DNA of 64,000 nt, from the NCBI GenBank assembly GCA_965228875.1, contig OZ245843.1, positions 3,702,616 to 3,766,615 of the forward strand, in the 5' to 3' direction. The stretch is from Thalassobaculaceae bacterium (lineage in GTDB: Bacteria; Pseudomonadota; Alphaproteobacteria; Thalassobaculales; Thalassobaculaceae). The position numbers were made by a program, and so were the translations under genes. Each line of letters begins with the position of its first letter. Position 1 is the first letter of the stretch. Below, piece by piece: positions 25,581-37,384 of the stretch. The notes beneath the pieces were generated by a model. It searched no databases and was not told where the DNA came from. It worked only from the letters and a program-made list of their open reading frames with translations.

Positions 25581-26296
25581 TGGCGGATCATGCTTTCGAG
25601 CGCGCGGCCGAGGAAGCCGAGCAGCTCGGTGCCCTGGCCCGGCTGGAACGCGTCCGGACGGCGCGACCCTAGGGCCAGCAGCCCGACCGGCGCCTGGCTG
25701 GAGGCGCGCAGGCGGCACAACGCCTGGCTGCGCACCAGGCCGGCGGCCGATGCGAACAGCCGGGGGTCGCCATTGATGTCGGCGCAGAGCAGCACGTCCC
25801 GGTTCGGTCCCAGCATGCCGTCGACCGCGCCGTTCGGCAGGGCGCGGATGCCGGCGGCATAGGCCTTGGGGATCGGCACGTCGCCGGTTTCGACGCCGAT
25901 GGTCACCGCGTCGACGTCCAGCAGCACGGCGAGATCCGCCGTCACCGTCTGGATCATGGTCTCGAAGCTGGAGGCCCGCAGGATCGCCAGCACCGCGTCA
26001 TGGACCCGGGCCTGGATCGACTGGTTGTTGCGCGCCGTGGTCACCAGGTAGTCCTGGGCGGCGCGGAGCTTCTCGTTCTCCTCGCGCAGCCGGGTGACCA
26101 TGGCCTGCTGAAAATCGACCACGTTGCCCTGGGACTGGTCCGGCGGCGCCAGGACCGCGAGCAGGTCCGGATGATCCGTGAGGAACTCCGGGTGCTCGCG
26201 CAGGTACGCAGCGACCCGGTCGGCCGTCAGCGCGCTAATCTCGCCCCGGGTGGGCTTGCCGGCGGCTGAGGTCGGAACGGGTCCTTTTTCGGTCAT
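25559..26296 (-). CDS. DUF484 (YigA-like) protein
   Basis: [18 protein letters not shown]...[13 protein letters not shown]; usual position upstream of xerC. Confidence 0.88.
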
Positions 26297-26967
26297 GCCG
26301 CGTCGCTCTCCGGGCCGAGGATCGACTGGCCGGTCTTGGCCCAGTCGGCGAGGAAGGCGTCCAGACCCTTGTCGGTCAGCGGATGCTTGTACATGGCCCG
26401 CAGCACCGCCGGCGGCAGGGTCGACACATCGGCGCCGAGCTTGGCCGCCTCGACCACGTGGTGTGGACCGCGCACCGAAGCCACCAGGATCTCCGTGGCG
26501 AAGTCGTAGGCGCCGTAGATCTCGACGATCTCGGCGATCAGCCCCATGCCCTCGCTGCCGATGTCGTCGAGCCGGCCGACGAAGGGCGAGATGAAGGCCG
26601 CGCCCGCCTTGGCGGCCAGCAGCGCCTGGGCCGGCGAGAAACAGAGCGTCACGTTGACCGGCGTCCCCTCGTCCGCCAGCACCTTGCAGGTCTTCAGACC
26701 GTCGACCGTCAACGGCACCTTGACCGCGATGTTGTCGGCGATGGTCCGCAGGAACCGGCCCTCGCGCAGCATGGCCTCATGCTCCGTCGCAGTAACCTCG
26801 GCGGAGACCGGGCCGTCGACGACGTCGCAGATCTCGGCGATCACCTCGGCGATCGGGCGGCCGGACTTGGCGATCAGCGACGGGTTCGTGGTGACCCCGT
26901 CGACCATGCCGGTCGACGCCAGGTCGCGGATCTCGGCGACATCGGCGGTGTCGATGAAGAACTTCAT
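26293..26967 (-). CDS. tal: transaldolase / fructose-6-phosphate aldolase family
   Basis: [23 protein letters not shown] and SPFVGRLDD motifs. Confidence 0.93.
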   Translation of the reverse strand: MKFFIDTADVAEIRDLASTGMVDGVTTNPSLIAKSGRPIAEVIAEICDVVDGPVSAEVTATEHEAMLREGRFLRTIADNIAVKVPLTVDGLKTCKVLADEGTPVNVTLCFSPAQALLAAKAGAAFISPFVGRLDDIGSEGMGLIAEIVEIYGAYDFATEILVASVRGPHHVVEAAKLGADVSTLPPAVLRAMYKHPLTDKGLDAFLADWAKTGQSILGPESDAA

Positions 26968-27172
26968 GGGGCTCGTCTCCGTGTTCGGCGGTTGGCGGAG
27001 GCGTACGCGAGTCGCACCGCCGAGTCTACCCCATCGCCCGGCCAGCGGCCACCGGCGAGCCCGGCATCCGCCCCGCTTTGGCCGCGCGCATTGAGATGGC
27101 GCGGCGTCGGGGCCACACTCGGCCTGTACGCCCCGCCGGGCGAATCGACCGACCGTTGCCGACAGATCCGCC

Positions 27173-29377
27173 GTGTCCGATCTCCTGCCCCTCGACGAGC
27201 CGTTCGACCGCGTCAGCGTCCTGCTGCCGCTGCCGCTGGACGTGGCCTACGACTACAGGGCCGATCCGGCGCTGGAACTGGTCCGCGGCGACGTGGTCGA
27301 GGTGCCGCTGGGCCAGCGCCGGGTGGTCGGCATCGTGCTCGGTCCGGGCGACGACGACGCAGTGCCGCAGGAACGGCTGCGGGCGGTGTTCCGGCGCCTC
27401 GACATGCCGCGCCTGCCGGCGGCGGTGATCGATCTCGTGGCGTGGACCGCCGCGTGGACCCTGGCGCCGCGCGGGGCCGTCGCGCGTATGGCGATCAGCA
27501 CGCCCGCCGCCTTCGAGCCGCAACCGCCGGGCATCGTCCACACCGCCGCGCCGGAAGAGGCCTGGAGCGGCGGCGCCCGCCTGACCCCGGCGCGACGACG
27601 GGTTCTCGCCGTGCTGCGGGACGGTCCGGCCCTCGACGCCCGCGATCTCGCGCGGGAAGCGGCGGTCGGTCCCTCGGTGATCAGGGGCATGGTGGCGGCC
27701 GGCATGCTGCAGACGCACGCCGTCGCCGCCGCCCCGCCCTTCGCCCCGCCCGAGCCGGATCGCCCGGGGCCGGCCCTGACCGGCGAGCAGGACGTGGCGG
27801 CCCAGGCCCTGCGCGCGCGGGTGGCGGACGCGGCGTTCTCGGTCACCGCGTTGGACGGGGTGACCGGATCGGGCAAGACGGAAGTGTATTTCGAAGCCAT
27901 CGCCGGCGCGCTCTCAGCCGGGCGTCAGGCGCTGGTCCTGCTGCCGGAGATCGCCCTGTCGGCGGAATGGCTGGAGCGGTTCGAGAAACGTTTCGGTGTC
28001 GAACCGGCCGTCTGGCACTCGGATCTGAAGCCGAAGGTGCGGCGCGAGACCTGGCGGGCGGTGGCCGAGGGAACGGTCCGGGTCCTGGTCGGGGCGCGCT
28101 CGGCCCTGTTCCTGCCGTTCGCCGAGCTCGGCCTGATCGTCGTCGATGAGGAGCACGAGTCGGCCTACAAGCAGGACGACGGGGTCGCCTATCACGCCCG
28201 CGACATGGCCGTGGTCCGCGCCCGGCTGGAGAGGATCCCGATCGCCCTGGTCAGCGCAACGCCGAGCCTGGAGACGGTGGAGAACGTGCGCCAGGGGCGC
28301 TACGGCGCGGTCCACCTGACCGCCCGGCCGGGCGCCGCGACCCTGCCCGAGGTCGGCCTGATCGACCTGCGAAAGCAGGCGCCGGAGCGAGGCCGCTTCC
28401 TGTCCCCGCCCCTGGTGGAGGCGGTGCAGCGCACCCTGGACGAGGGGGAGCAGTCGATGCTGTTCCTCAACCGCCGGGGCTATGCGCCGCTCACCCTCTG
28501 CCGGACCTGCGGCCATCGCCTGGAATGCCCGAACTGCACCGCCTGGCTGGTCGAGCACCGGCTTCTCGGCCGGCTGGTCTGTCACCATTGCGGGTTCACC
28601 GGCCGCCTGCCGAAACACTGTCCGTCCTGCGAGGCCGAGGACAGCTTCGTCGCCAGCGGACCGGGCGTTGAGCGCCTGGCCGAGGAGGTGCTGATCCGGT
28701 TTCCCGACGCCCGCTTCCAGATCGCCTCCTCCGACACCCTGACCGGACCGGACAAGGCGGCGGCGTTCGTGCGCGCGGTGCGCGACCGGGAGATCGACAT
28801 CGTCATCGGCACCCAGGTGGTGGCCAAGGGCCACAACTTCCCGTGGCTCACCCTGGTCGGCGTGGTCGACGCCGATCTCGGCCTCGCCGGCGGCGACCTG
28901 CGGGCTTCGGAGCGGACCTTTCAGCTTCTGCACCAGGTGGCGGGACGGGCCGGGCGGGCCGAGCGGCCGGGCAGGGTGCTGCTGCAGACCCACGCGCCGG
29001 AGACGCCGGTGATGCAGGCGCTGGCCGCCGGCGATCGGGATGCGTTCCTGGACTCCGAGATCGAGCAGCGCCGGGCGGCGGGCATGCCGCCCTATGGACG
29101 ACTGGCGGGGATCGTCATCTCCGCCCCGGACGCCGATCGGGCCGACGCGGCGGCGCGGACGGTCGCGCGGGCCGCCCCCCGCCTGCAGGGCGTCGAGGTG
29201 CTCGGCCCCGCCCCGGCCCCGATCGCCATGCTGCGCGGCCGCCACCGCCGCCGCCTTCTGGTCAAGACCGGGCGCCAGGTCAATGTCCAGCAGGTGCTGC
29301 GCGACTGGCTCGCGCCGATCCGGCTGGAGAGCGCGATCCGCCTGCAGATCGACGTGGACCCGTACAGCTTCATGTGA
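27173..29377 (+). CDS. priA: primosomal protein N'
   Basis: [12 protein letters not shown], four CxxC pairs, QVAGRAGR. Confidence 0.98.
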   Translation: MSDLLPLDEPFDRVSVLLPLPLDVAYDYRADPALELVRGDVVEVPLGQRRVVGIVLGPGDDDAVPQERLRAVFRRLDMPRLPAAVIDLVAWTAAWTLAPRGAVARMAISTPAAFEPQPPGIVHTAAPEEAWSGGARLTPARRRVLAVLRDGPALDARDLAREAAVGPSVIRGMVAAGMLQTHAVAAAPPFAPPEPDRPGPALTGEQDVAAQALRARVADAAFSVTALDGVTGSGKTEVYFEAIAGALSAGRQALVLLPEIALSAEWLERFEKRFGVEPAVWHSDLKPKVRRETWRAVAEGTVRVLVGARSALFLPFAELGLIVVDEEHESAYKQDDGVAYHARDMAVVRARLERIPIALVSATPSLETVENVRQGRYGAVHLTARPGAATLPEVGLIDLRKQAPERGRFLSPPLVEAVQRTLDEGEQSMLFLNRRGYAPLTLCRTCGHRLECPNCTAWLVEHRLLGRLVCHHCGFTGRLPKHCPSCEAEDSFVASGPGVERLAEEVLIRFPDARFQIASSDTLTGPDKAAAFVRAVRDREIDIVIGTQVVAKGHNFPWLTLVGVVDADLGLAGGDLRASERTFQLLHQVAGRAGRAERPGRVLLQTHAPETPVMQALAAGDRDAFLDSEIEQRRAAGMPPYGRLAGIVISAPDADRADAAARTVARAAPRLQGVEVLGPAPAPIAMLRGRHRRRLLVKTGRQVNVQQVLRDWLAPIRLESAIRLQIDVDPYSFM

Positions 29378-29420
29378 GATTTACTATGTCTAAAACTAAA
29401 TCTCCGACACTTTAGCGTGT

Positions 29421-30050
29421 CTATTTTTTAGGTCTATAGTCTCTCTGATCCAAGCATTTGTTATAGAATTCTTCATTCATTTTGAACCAGTCAGTCCCGT
29501 TTAAACCTCGTGATGCAGTAGCCTTTGAACTACTGGGGAATGCGGAAACCACCTTAATCCAACGATCTTGCGCCCTTGCAATTTCACGAACGTCTTCAGC
29601 AACTTCGGAAAGATCTTGATCCTGTGAGAATATGATAGCTACATCCAGTTGATTTGAATAAGTTAATCGTACAATATCCAGAGCTATTCTCACATCGATT
29701 CCTTTTTCTTGTGGAGCTTCACCGATGTTTTTTGATCCATCTTCAAGTTCAATTTCTGTTTGATAGTAGCGTAACTTTCTATCTGTGACGAGAACTCCGG
29801 CGCGGCGCATAGCTAGAAGTCGATTCGCCCAATATCCATGCCACATTGGGGATTTCTTCGCGTTTGGAGTGCCTGTGTAGAAGCGAACCCCGCAATCTCT
29901 CCAACCTTGATCGCTACAAACTGCAGCCATCAGCTTCAAGGGATCGTAGTTCGGATGATGGTGGCCGAACGCTGCCTTAGCGTGATGGTAAAGGTTTTGG
30001 CCATCAATGAAGCCAATTGCACGTTTCGACTCAGGTTCTATCGCCGCCAT
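29421..30050 (-). CDS. NYN (LabA/DUF88, PIN-like) domain RNase in an AT-rich islet
   Basis: FIDGQN, EKGIDVRIALD and SQDQDL acidic motifs; sharp drop in GC at about 29378-30230. Confidence 0.9.
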   Translation of the reverse strand: MAAIEPESKRAIGFIDGQNLYHHAKAAFGHHHPNYDPLKLMAAVCSDQGWRDCGVRFYTGTPNAKKSPMWHGYWANRLLAMRRAGVLVTDRKLRYYQTEIELEDGSKNIGEAPQEKGIDVRIALDIVRLTYSNQLDVAIIFSQDQDLSEVAEDVREIARAQDRWIKVVSAFPSSSKATASRGLNGTDWFKMNEEFYNKCLDQRDYRPKK

Positions 30051-30061
30051 GCACAAAGAAT

Positions 30062-30100
30062 AACCCCCCCGGGGCCCTTTCAGGCAAGTCCGAGGGGGAG
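30062..30100 (-). promoter_or_regulatory. GNRA-tetraloop hairpin in the NYN gene 5' leader
   Basis: CCCCCUCGG-ACUU-GCCU-GAAA-GGGC-C-CCGGGGGGG, lying between TTGACA (30140-30135) and the ATG. Confidence 0.6.
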
Positions 30101-30259
30101 CAAGTTCCGTATATTTCGACGCTCTCGCTCAAATTGTCAATGCTGCGACTCGCCAGAAATCAACGAGTCGCTACAATTTTCAGCGTTTCCTGGTTCAAAA
30201 CTAGCTGTGGCTAAGGTCATTTCGACCATCCCGACTCAGAGCGCCTCGTGCTCGCCCCC

Positions 30260-31066
30260 TCACCCCTTCAGCGGCATCACGTCGAGGCGCGCCACCGCGC
30301 CCTCCAGGTCCGGCGACGGCGCCGGATAGTACTGCATCACCAGCGGGTCGTGGCCCGGCACCACATGGTCGGGGCTGTCGGCCAGCATCTCCAACGTGTT
30401 GAAACCGTTCATCATCTCTCCGAGGTTGTAGCAGATGATGAACGGGGTCCGGTCCTCGATGTTCATGTAGAAATGGGCGCAGTCGGAGGCCAGCACGACC
30501 CAGCCGCGCTCGGTCCACACGCGCACGCACATCAGCCCGGCCGAGTGACCGCCGACCTTGTGGATCGACACGCCCGGTGCCAGCTCGGCATCGCCGTCAT
30601 GGAACTGCACCCGCCCGCCATAGACGTTGCGCACCATGTCGGTCACATGCTCGACGTCGAACGGCCGGCGGATCGCCTCGAAGCACATGCAGCGGCCGGT
30701 GGCGTAGGCCATCTCGCCGTCCTGCAGGTGGAAGGTGGCGTTGGGGAACTGGTCCTGGCCGCCGGCATGGTCGTAGTGCAGATGGGTGATGATGACGTCC
30801 TCGACCGTGTCCGGGTCGATGCCGAGCAGTTTGACACCCTCTCCCGGTGTGCGCTCCAGCGGCACGCCGCGCTCCCGGCTCTCGCGCTCGCCGAAGCCGC
30901 AGTCGACCACGTAGGTGCGGTTCTCGTTGCGGATCACCCAGACGAAATAGTCGAGCGGCATCGGTCGGTCGTGCAGATCGCTGAAGATCAGGTTCTGCGA
31001 CGCCATCCGGTCGGGCTTGTGGGCGTATTTGACGGCGAAGACCTCGTACTGCTCGCGTTCGGACAC
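30260..31066 (-). CDS. MBL-fold N-acyl-homoserine lactonase family protein
   Basis: THLHYDH, GGHS, ASDCAH and PGHD motifs; GTG start after GGGAGAGA. Confidence 0.85.
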   Translation of the reverse strand: MSEREQYEVFAVKYAHKPDRMASQNLIFSDLHDRPMPLDYFVWVIRNENRTYVVDCGFGERESRERGVPLERTPGEGVKLLGIDPDTVEDVIITHLHYDHAGGQDQFPNATFHLQDGEMAYATGRCMCFEAIRRPFDVEHVTDMVRNVYGGRVQFHDGDAELAPGVSIHKVGGHSAGLMCVRVWTERGWVVLASDCAHFYMNIEDRTPFIICYNLGEMMNGFNTLEMLADSPDHVVPGHDPLVMQYYPAPSPDLEGAVARLDVMPLKG

Positions 31067-31203
31067 GGTTTCTCTCCCGGGTGGTTCTTGTTTCCTGTTT
31101 GAGGCGGGTCCGGCCCTCTCCCCCTCCCGGCCACCCATCCGGATACTCGCGTGGGTCGCCGGGAGGGGAGTGGGCCGGCATCGGACTTAGCGTCGGAGAC
31201 TCA

Positions 31204-31803
31204 TCAGCTCGGCGGCAGGGTCGGATCGAATTCCTCGCGCAGGAGCGCGAACAGGATGTGGTCCTGCCACTTGCCGTTGATCTTGAGATAGCGACGGGCG
31301 AGGCCCTCCTCCTCGAACCCGCATTTCTTCAGCACCCCCTGGCTCGCCTCGTTGTGCGGCAGGGTGGCGGCCTCGACCCGGTGCAGGGCAAGGCGGTCGA
31401 AGGCGAAGCAGCAGGCCCCGTGCACCGCCTCGGTCATGAAGCCGTGACGGGCGAAGGGCCGGCCCATCCAGTAGCCGAAGGAGCAGCTCTGGGAGACGCC
31501 ACGGCGCACGTTGGCGATCGTGATGCCGCCGAGCAGGGCGTCGTCGTCGCGGCGGAACAGGAAGAAGGAGTAGCTCTGGTCGCGGGTCCAGTCCTCGGTG
31601 TAGCGCGCCAACCGGCGGCGGAACGCGGCGCGGGTCAGCGCATCCTCGGGCCAGGTCGGCTCCCACGGCACCAGGAAATCGCGGCTCAACGCCCGCAGCT
31701 CGGCCCATTCCTGCCAGTCGCCGCGATGTGGCTGGCGCAGGTAGATGCGCGGCAACAGCAGCGTCGGGTCGGATCGCGACGGCGGAAACAGGGTGAGGAC
31801 CAA
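31204..31803 (-). CDS. rimJ: RimJ/RimL family GNAT N-acetyltransferase
   Basis: FLVPWEP, GYWMG, LHRVEAATLPHN and YLKINGKWQDH motifs; TTG start after GGAG. Confidence 0.88.
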   Translation of the reverse strand: MVLTLFPPSRSDPTLLLPRIYLRQPHRGDWQEWAELRALSRDFLVPWEPTWPEDALTRAAFRRRLARYTEDWTRDQSYSFFLFRRDDDALLGGITIANVRRGVSQSCSFGYWMGRPFARHGFMTEAVHGACCFAFDRLALHRVEAATLPHNEASQGVLKKCGFEEEGLARRYLKINGKWQDHILFALLREEFDPTLPPS

Positions 31804-31952
31804 GGAAACGGCTCCCGTCCAGGGGTCGTTCCCGTATTCTCCACCGCCGGCGCGATGCTGGCAAGCCGGCCTGTCCGGTGTCTCGCGGGAACACTGCGGT
31901 GGCGGCCGGGAACGGGTGGGGGCCGGCGAGCTCCGTTTCAACCGCTATCCAC

Positions 31953-32050
31953 CCCTTTCCGTCCCTGAGCGGGGACCCAGATGAGCAGCGCACTGGGTCG
32001 GCTCTCCAACGCGCGGCAGTTCTGGTCCCCGGCACTAGACCGGGAAGGGA
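31953..32050. repeat. REP/RIME-like palindromic element (copy C, degenerate)
   Basis: CCCTTTCCGTC...CGGGGACC / GGTCCCCG...GACCGGGAAGGG. Confidence 0.5.
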
Positions 32051-32107
32051 GTAGAGCAGCGAAGGTCTCGGTACGACTCCCCTGCGCGCGGTACCACTCT
32101 CAGTTCA

Positions 32108-32220
32108 CACTCCCCGGACCTGTTCCGGGGCCCACGGGATGGCTGCCCGAACCGCCTCGGGAAACTTGGTCACGCCCGAGCCTGGCGGAGACGTTGGCCC
32201 CGGCCCAAGGCCGGGGAGTG
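32108..32220. repeat. REP/RIME/MITE-like element (copy D) with perfect 10-bp terminal inverted repeat
   Basis: CACTCCCCGG...CCGGGGAGTG with inner CCGGGGCC/GGCCCCGG. Confidence 0.75.
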
Positions 32221-32279
32221 ACGAAGGGGTCGAACTTTGTCGGCCGCCCCCGACCCCGCATCCGTCATCCTGACACACA

Positions 32280-32438
32280 TCAGGATCCAAACCACAGGGG
32301 AGCGCTCGCGAAGACAACCAGCGCGATGACGACCGCCGCGATCGCCCACTTTCCTCGGGCGCTGGCGCGGAAACTCGTCCACCCGATGGCGAGATCGAGT
32401 TCGTCGGAATGTTTGGACTTGTCGGAAATTTCGGCCAT
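32280..32438 (-). CDS. small (52 aa) single-pass membrane protein, absent from the ORF track
   Basis: GAGGAG RBS; MAEISDKSKHSDELDLAIGWTSFRASARGKWAIAAVVIALVVFASAPLWFGS*. Confidence 0.6.
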   Translation of the reverse strand: MAEISDKSKHSDELDLAIGWTSFRASARGKWAIAAVVIALVVFASAPLWFGS

Positions 32439-32677
32439 CGCAAGCGGACTCCTCAGCAGAGAGAACGACTTGCGGCCGCATTTCTTAGTCGCCGACCCCA
32501 GGGTTCATGTCAAGCCACACGCTGATCTCGGATCGGCCGCCTCGACCCATGCGTTGGGTCTAGACCGGCGGTTTGCGGAACCCGATGAAAATCTACGGCA
32601 TCGAATGAAAATAGAGAACCAACTAAGAGTTTCTGTATCAACAAATCGTGAACACTATTCAGCCAACGAATGCTCCT

Positions 32678-33940
<1,263 letters not shown>

Positions 33941-33942
<2 letters not shown>

Positions 33943-34624
33943 ACCCTGCCCCTTGGTCGGTTGTCTCACCTGCCGCCAGCGCCGCGCTGACCGGCGCGAA
34001 GGACCGGCGGTGGTGTGGGGTGACGCCGAGCGCCGTGAGCGCCGCCTTGTGTTCGGCCGTCCCATAGCCGGCATTGCGCTCCCAGCCGTAGCCGGGATGG
34101 GTCCGGGCAAGCTCCACCATCTCGGCGTCCCGCGCCTGCTTGGCCGCGATGGCGGCCAGCGCGATGGAGACAGAGCGGGAATCCCCCTTCACCACGGCCT
34201 GCGCGGTCCACGCCCATGGCGGCAACCGGTTGCCGTCGACCAGGATCAGGTCGGGCCGGCGACCGGTCCGGGCGACCAGGGCGTCCACCGCCCGCGTCAT
34301 GGCGGCGAGGGCGGCGGCAAGGATGTTGGTCGCGTCGATCTCGGCGACCTCGGCGCGCCCGAGGGCGATTTCCGCAAAGGGCGCCGTCGCGGTCAGGGCG
34401 GCCACCCGTCGCTCGGCGGTCAGGGTCTTGCTGTCGGCGATCAGCGATACCGCATCCCCCGGCAGTCGTCCCAGGTCAAGCCAGGCGGCACCCGCGATCA
34501 CGGGACCGGCCAGCGGGCCGCGTCCGACCTCGTCGACGCCGAAAACCACGGCACCCGCACCGACGCCGGCGGCCCGTTCCAGCTCCGCTGTCGGCCTCGA
34601 TCGGGCGCTTGGGCGGGTCGACAT
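33941..34624 (-). CDS. rnhB: ribonuclease HII
   Basis: GVDEVGRGPLAGPV, DSK, VDGN, KGD and GYGT..H motifs. Confidence 0.96.
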
Positions 34625-34769
34625 GCTGTTTCTTTCCCGATTCCAACAGGTTGGTGCGCTAACTTGAACCGCGGTTTCGCGTCACGCTACGGGCGCTACC
34701 TATATTTAGACGCGAATTCAGCCGGTTATTCCTCGATTTTCGACTCAAGTTTTATCGAACTGTCCCAGC

Positions 34770-35996
34770 CTATCCATCGAAAAGCGACATCTGACGGACC
34801 GCGGCACCGGGCACCGCGAACCGACTCGTGTCCAGGGCGACCGACCGCTTCGCGAGTCCAAGGCGTTGGCAGGTCTGGCGGAAGCGCTGCGCGATCATAT
34901 GCGCGTATGGCCCCTCGCCGGACATGCGTTTTCCCCATTCGGCGCGATACAGACTGCCGCCCCGGCTTTGTCGGACCAGGGACAGTACCCGGTCGGCCCG
35001 ATCGGGGAAATGGGCCCGCAACCACTCCTCCACCAGGTCCTTGATCTCCAGCGGCAGGCGCAGCAGGACCCAGGCCGCACCGCGCGCGCCGGCCGCCTGC
35101 GCCCGTTCCAGGATGGCTTCGATCTCGCTGTCGTTCACTGCCGGGATGACCGGCGCCACCAGCACGCCCGCCGGAACCCCGGCCGCCACGACGGCGCGGA
35201 TCGCCGCCAGACGCTTGTCGGGAGTCGGCGCCCGCGGCTCCATCAGCCGGGCGAGATCGCGGTCCAGGGTCGTCACCGACAACGAGACCGACGCCAGGCC
35301 CTTCGCCGCCATCGGCCCCAGGATGTCCAGGTCGCGCACGATCAGATCCGACTTGGTCACGATGGTCACCGGATGCTCGTGTTCGGCCAGCACCTCGAGC
35401 AGGGCACGGGTGATCTTCCGTTCCCGCTCGACCGGTTGATAGGGGTCGGTGTTGGTGCCCATGGCGATCGGCTGACAGGCATAGCCCTTGCGCGCCAGTT
35501 CCTTGCGCAGCAGCACCGGCGCGTCGGGCTTGGCGAACAGCCGGCTCTCGAAGTCGAGACCGGGGGACAGGCCGAGATAGGCATGGCTCGGCCGGGCGAA
35601 ACAGTAGACGCAGCCATGCTCGCAGCCGCGGTAGGGGTTGATGGAACGGTCGAACGGCACGTCCGGCGACTGGTTGCGGGCGATCACCGTTCGGCTGGAG
35701 TCGACGGCGACCGTGGTGCGCAACGGCGGCGCGTCCTCATCCGGATGCCGCCATCCATCGTCCACCCGCTCCTGGGCCAGACGTTCGTAGCGGCCGGTGG
35801 CGTTCGTCACCGCCCCCCGCCCCTTGCGCGGCTGCGGCGGGATCGCATCGATGGCGCTGTCCAGTTCCTTGACCGGCTCGTCGAAATCCGGCGGGGCACC
35901 GAACTCGCCGGCAAAAGCATCGTTCGACGGGGCCTGCGCGAACTCGTCGGCGAAGACCTTCAGCGGATCGACGGCACTGGAACGACGACGGGACAT
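34770..35996 (-). CDS. PA0069/Rv2578c family radical SAM protein (SplB-related)
   Basis: NPYRGCEHGCVYCFARP and TDPYQPVE motifs. Confidence 0.92.
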   Translation of the reverse strand: MSRRRSSAVDPLKVFADEFAQAPSNDAFAGEFGAPPDFDEPVKELDSAIDAIPPQPRKGRGAVTNATGRYERLAQERVDDGWRHPDEDAPPLRTTVAVDSSRTVIARNQSPDVPFDRSINPYRGCEHGCVYCFARPSHAYLGLSPGLDFESRLFAKPDAPVLLRKELARKGYACQPIAMGTNTDPYQPVERERKITRALLEVLAEHEHPVTIVTKSDLIVRDLDILGPMAAKGLASVSLSVTTLDRDLARLMEPRAPTPDKRLAAIRAVVAAGVPAGVLVAPVIPAVNDSEIEAILERAQAAGARGAAWVLLRLPLEIKDLVEEWLRAHFPDRADRVLSLVRQSRGGSLYRAEWGKRMSGEGPYAHMIAQRFRQTCQRLGLAKRSVALDTSRFAVPGAAVRQMSLFDG

Positions 35997-36021
35997 GCCC
36001 GTCAGAGTATGGCCTAGCCTA

Positions 36022-36036
36022 GAACAAATCAAGAAC
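36022..36036. promoter_or_regulatory. alphaproteobacterial LexA (SOS) box
   Basis: Exact GAAC-N7-GAAC (GAACaaatcaaGAAC), 25 nt upstream of the radical SAM ATG. Confidence 0.85.
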
Positions 36037-36054
36037 ATAGAGTGAGACCGACTG

Positions 36055-36258
36055 CTACTCCCGGCCGGATCCGTCCGTCTCGTCCTCGATCCGCCGGCCG
36101 TCGTGGTCACGGTCGGCCGCCGCCCGCACCGCCTCCTCGTGACGACGCTCGACCTTGGTGCGGCCGTGGCGGGCCCTGTTCTCGGCCGCCTTCTCGCTCG
36201 CCGCCGCGCGGTCCCGCCGTTTTCTCTCTGTGCGCAGGTTCACGATCTTCGCGTTCAC
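36055..36258 (-). CDS. DUF4169 family small protein
   Basis: IVNLRTERKRRDR...NRARHGRTK; GTGA overlap with the upstream gene. Confidence 0.85.
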   Translation of the reverse strand: MNAKIVNLRTERKRRDRAAASEKAAENRARHGRTKVERRHEEAVRAAADRDHDGRRIEDETDGSGRE

Positions 36259-37286
36259 GGGATCAGTTCCTCGCCGCTGAAGGCCGCGGAACCGGTCCAT
36301 CCGGCCCGCGCCTCCTCCATCATCGCCGGATCGACGAAGCGCGCAAGCCGCCGGGCGAGGCCGGACGTGGCCGCGTCGGTCGAGGCCAGCGCCGCTGTCA
36401 GGTCGTTTCTCGCGGCCCAGGCGCAGGCCCAGCTCGTCGTCCGCAGCCAGATCAGCCGCCGGTACGGCAGAACCCACGCCCGGACCGCGTCGGCGAGGCC
36501 GTCGGGGACCATCGCCCGCCACGCGGTGTGGAACGCCACGACATCGGCGCGCCCCGCCGTTCCCCGAACCGCCGGATCCCAGGACAGCGAGGTCGGCAGC
36601 GACGCGTGGGCCAGATCGACCGCCGGGCTGTCGTAGACCGGCCGCTCGACATCCAGCAGGACCGCGCGGCCGTCGTCGAGCATGCGGAAATTGCCCGGAT
36701 GGGTGTCGGCGGCCACGAGCGCGGGTTGCGGGCGCGGCGGGGCGGCGGCGATCAGGTCCCTGGCCCAGGCGATCTCCGCGGCCAGAATCCGGTGCGCCTC
36801 GGGCTCCAGCCGGTCGCTTACCGGCCGCAGTTGATCCTCGGCCACGCGCAGCAGATAGGATAGTGGGTCCACGGGATCGACGAACGGCGCACGCCGCGCC
36901 GGCAGCGGCAGGCGGTGTATCGACCCAAGCGCCCGGCCGATCGCCGGCATGTCGCCGGGCAAGCGCGGGGCGCGGCCGGCCACCCCGTCGACCAGCAGCG
37001 CGCCCCAGGGCAGCGTCGGCGAGACCCGAAGGACGCGATGCAGGCGCGGCACCGAGCCGCTGGGCGTCATCCGCCGGAACGCCTTGGCGGCGTAGATCAG
37101 GTTCGCGCGTGGCGGCAGCCCGAGATGGCTCATCCTGGGGACCCTGAGCAGCCGGCCGTCGCGCAGCCGCCAGTGGCGATGGACGCGGCCATCCTCGGGT
37201 GTCGCGCAGATGGTGTCGGGCGTGACGTCGAGCGCCGCCGCGAGCGCCTCCCGGGAGGCGCCGTCGGGATCCGGATCGGTTACCAT
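36255..37286 (-). CDS. aminoglycoside phosphotransferase-like kinase
   Basis: DTHPGNF catalytic loop; LLDVE; PAVDLA. Confidence 0.8.
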   Translation of the reverse strand: MVTDPDPDGASREALAAALDVTPDTICATPEDGRVHRHWRLRDGRLLRVPRMSHLGLPPRANLIYAAKAFRRMTPSGSVPRLHRVLRVSPTLPWGALLVDGVAGRAPRLPGDMPAIGRALGSIHRLPLPARRAPFVDPVDPLSYLLRVAEDQLRPVSDRLEPEAHRILAAEIAWARDLIAAAPPRPQPALVAADTHPGNFRMLDDGRAVLLDVERPVYDSPAVDLAHASLPTSLSWDPAVRGTAGRADVVAFHTAWRAMVPDGLADAVRAWVLPYRRLIWLRTTSWACAWAARNDLTAALASTDAATSGLARRLARFVDPAMMEEARAGWTGSAAFSGEELIP

Positions 37287-37384
37287 GATCCGGACTTAGC
37301 ACAGGCCGACCCATGCACCTACCCCGCCCCCGCGCCCTCAGAACCGACGCCGCCGCCGAGATCCACCCCCCCGGATCGCGCCGC

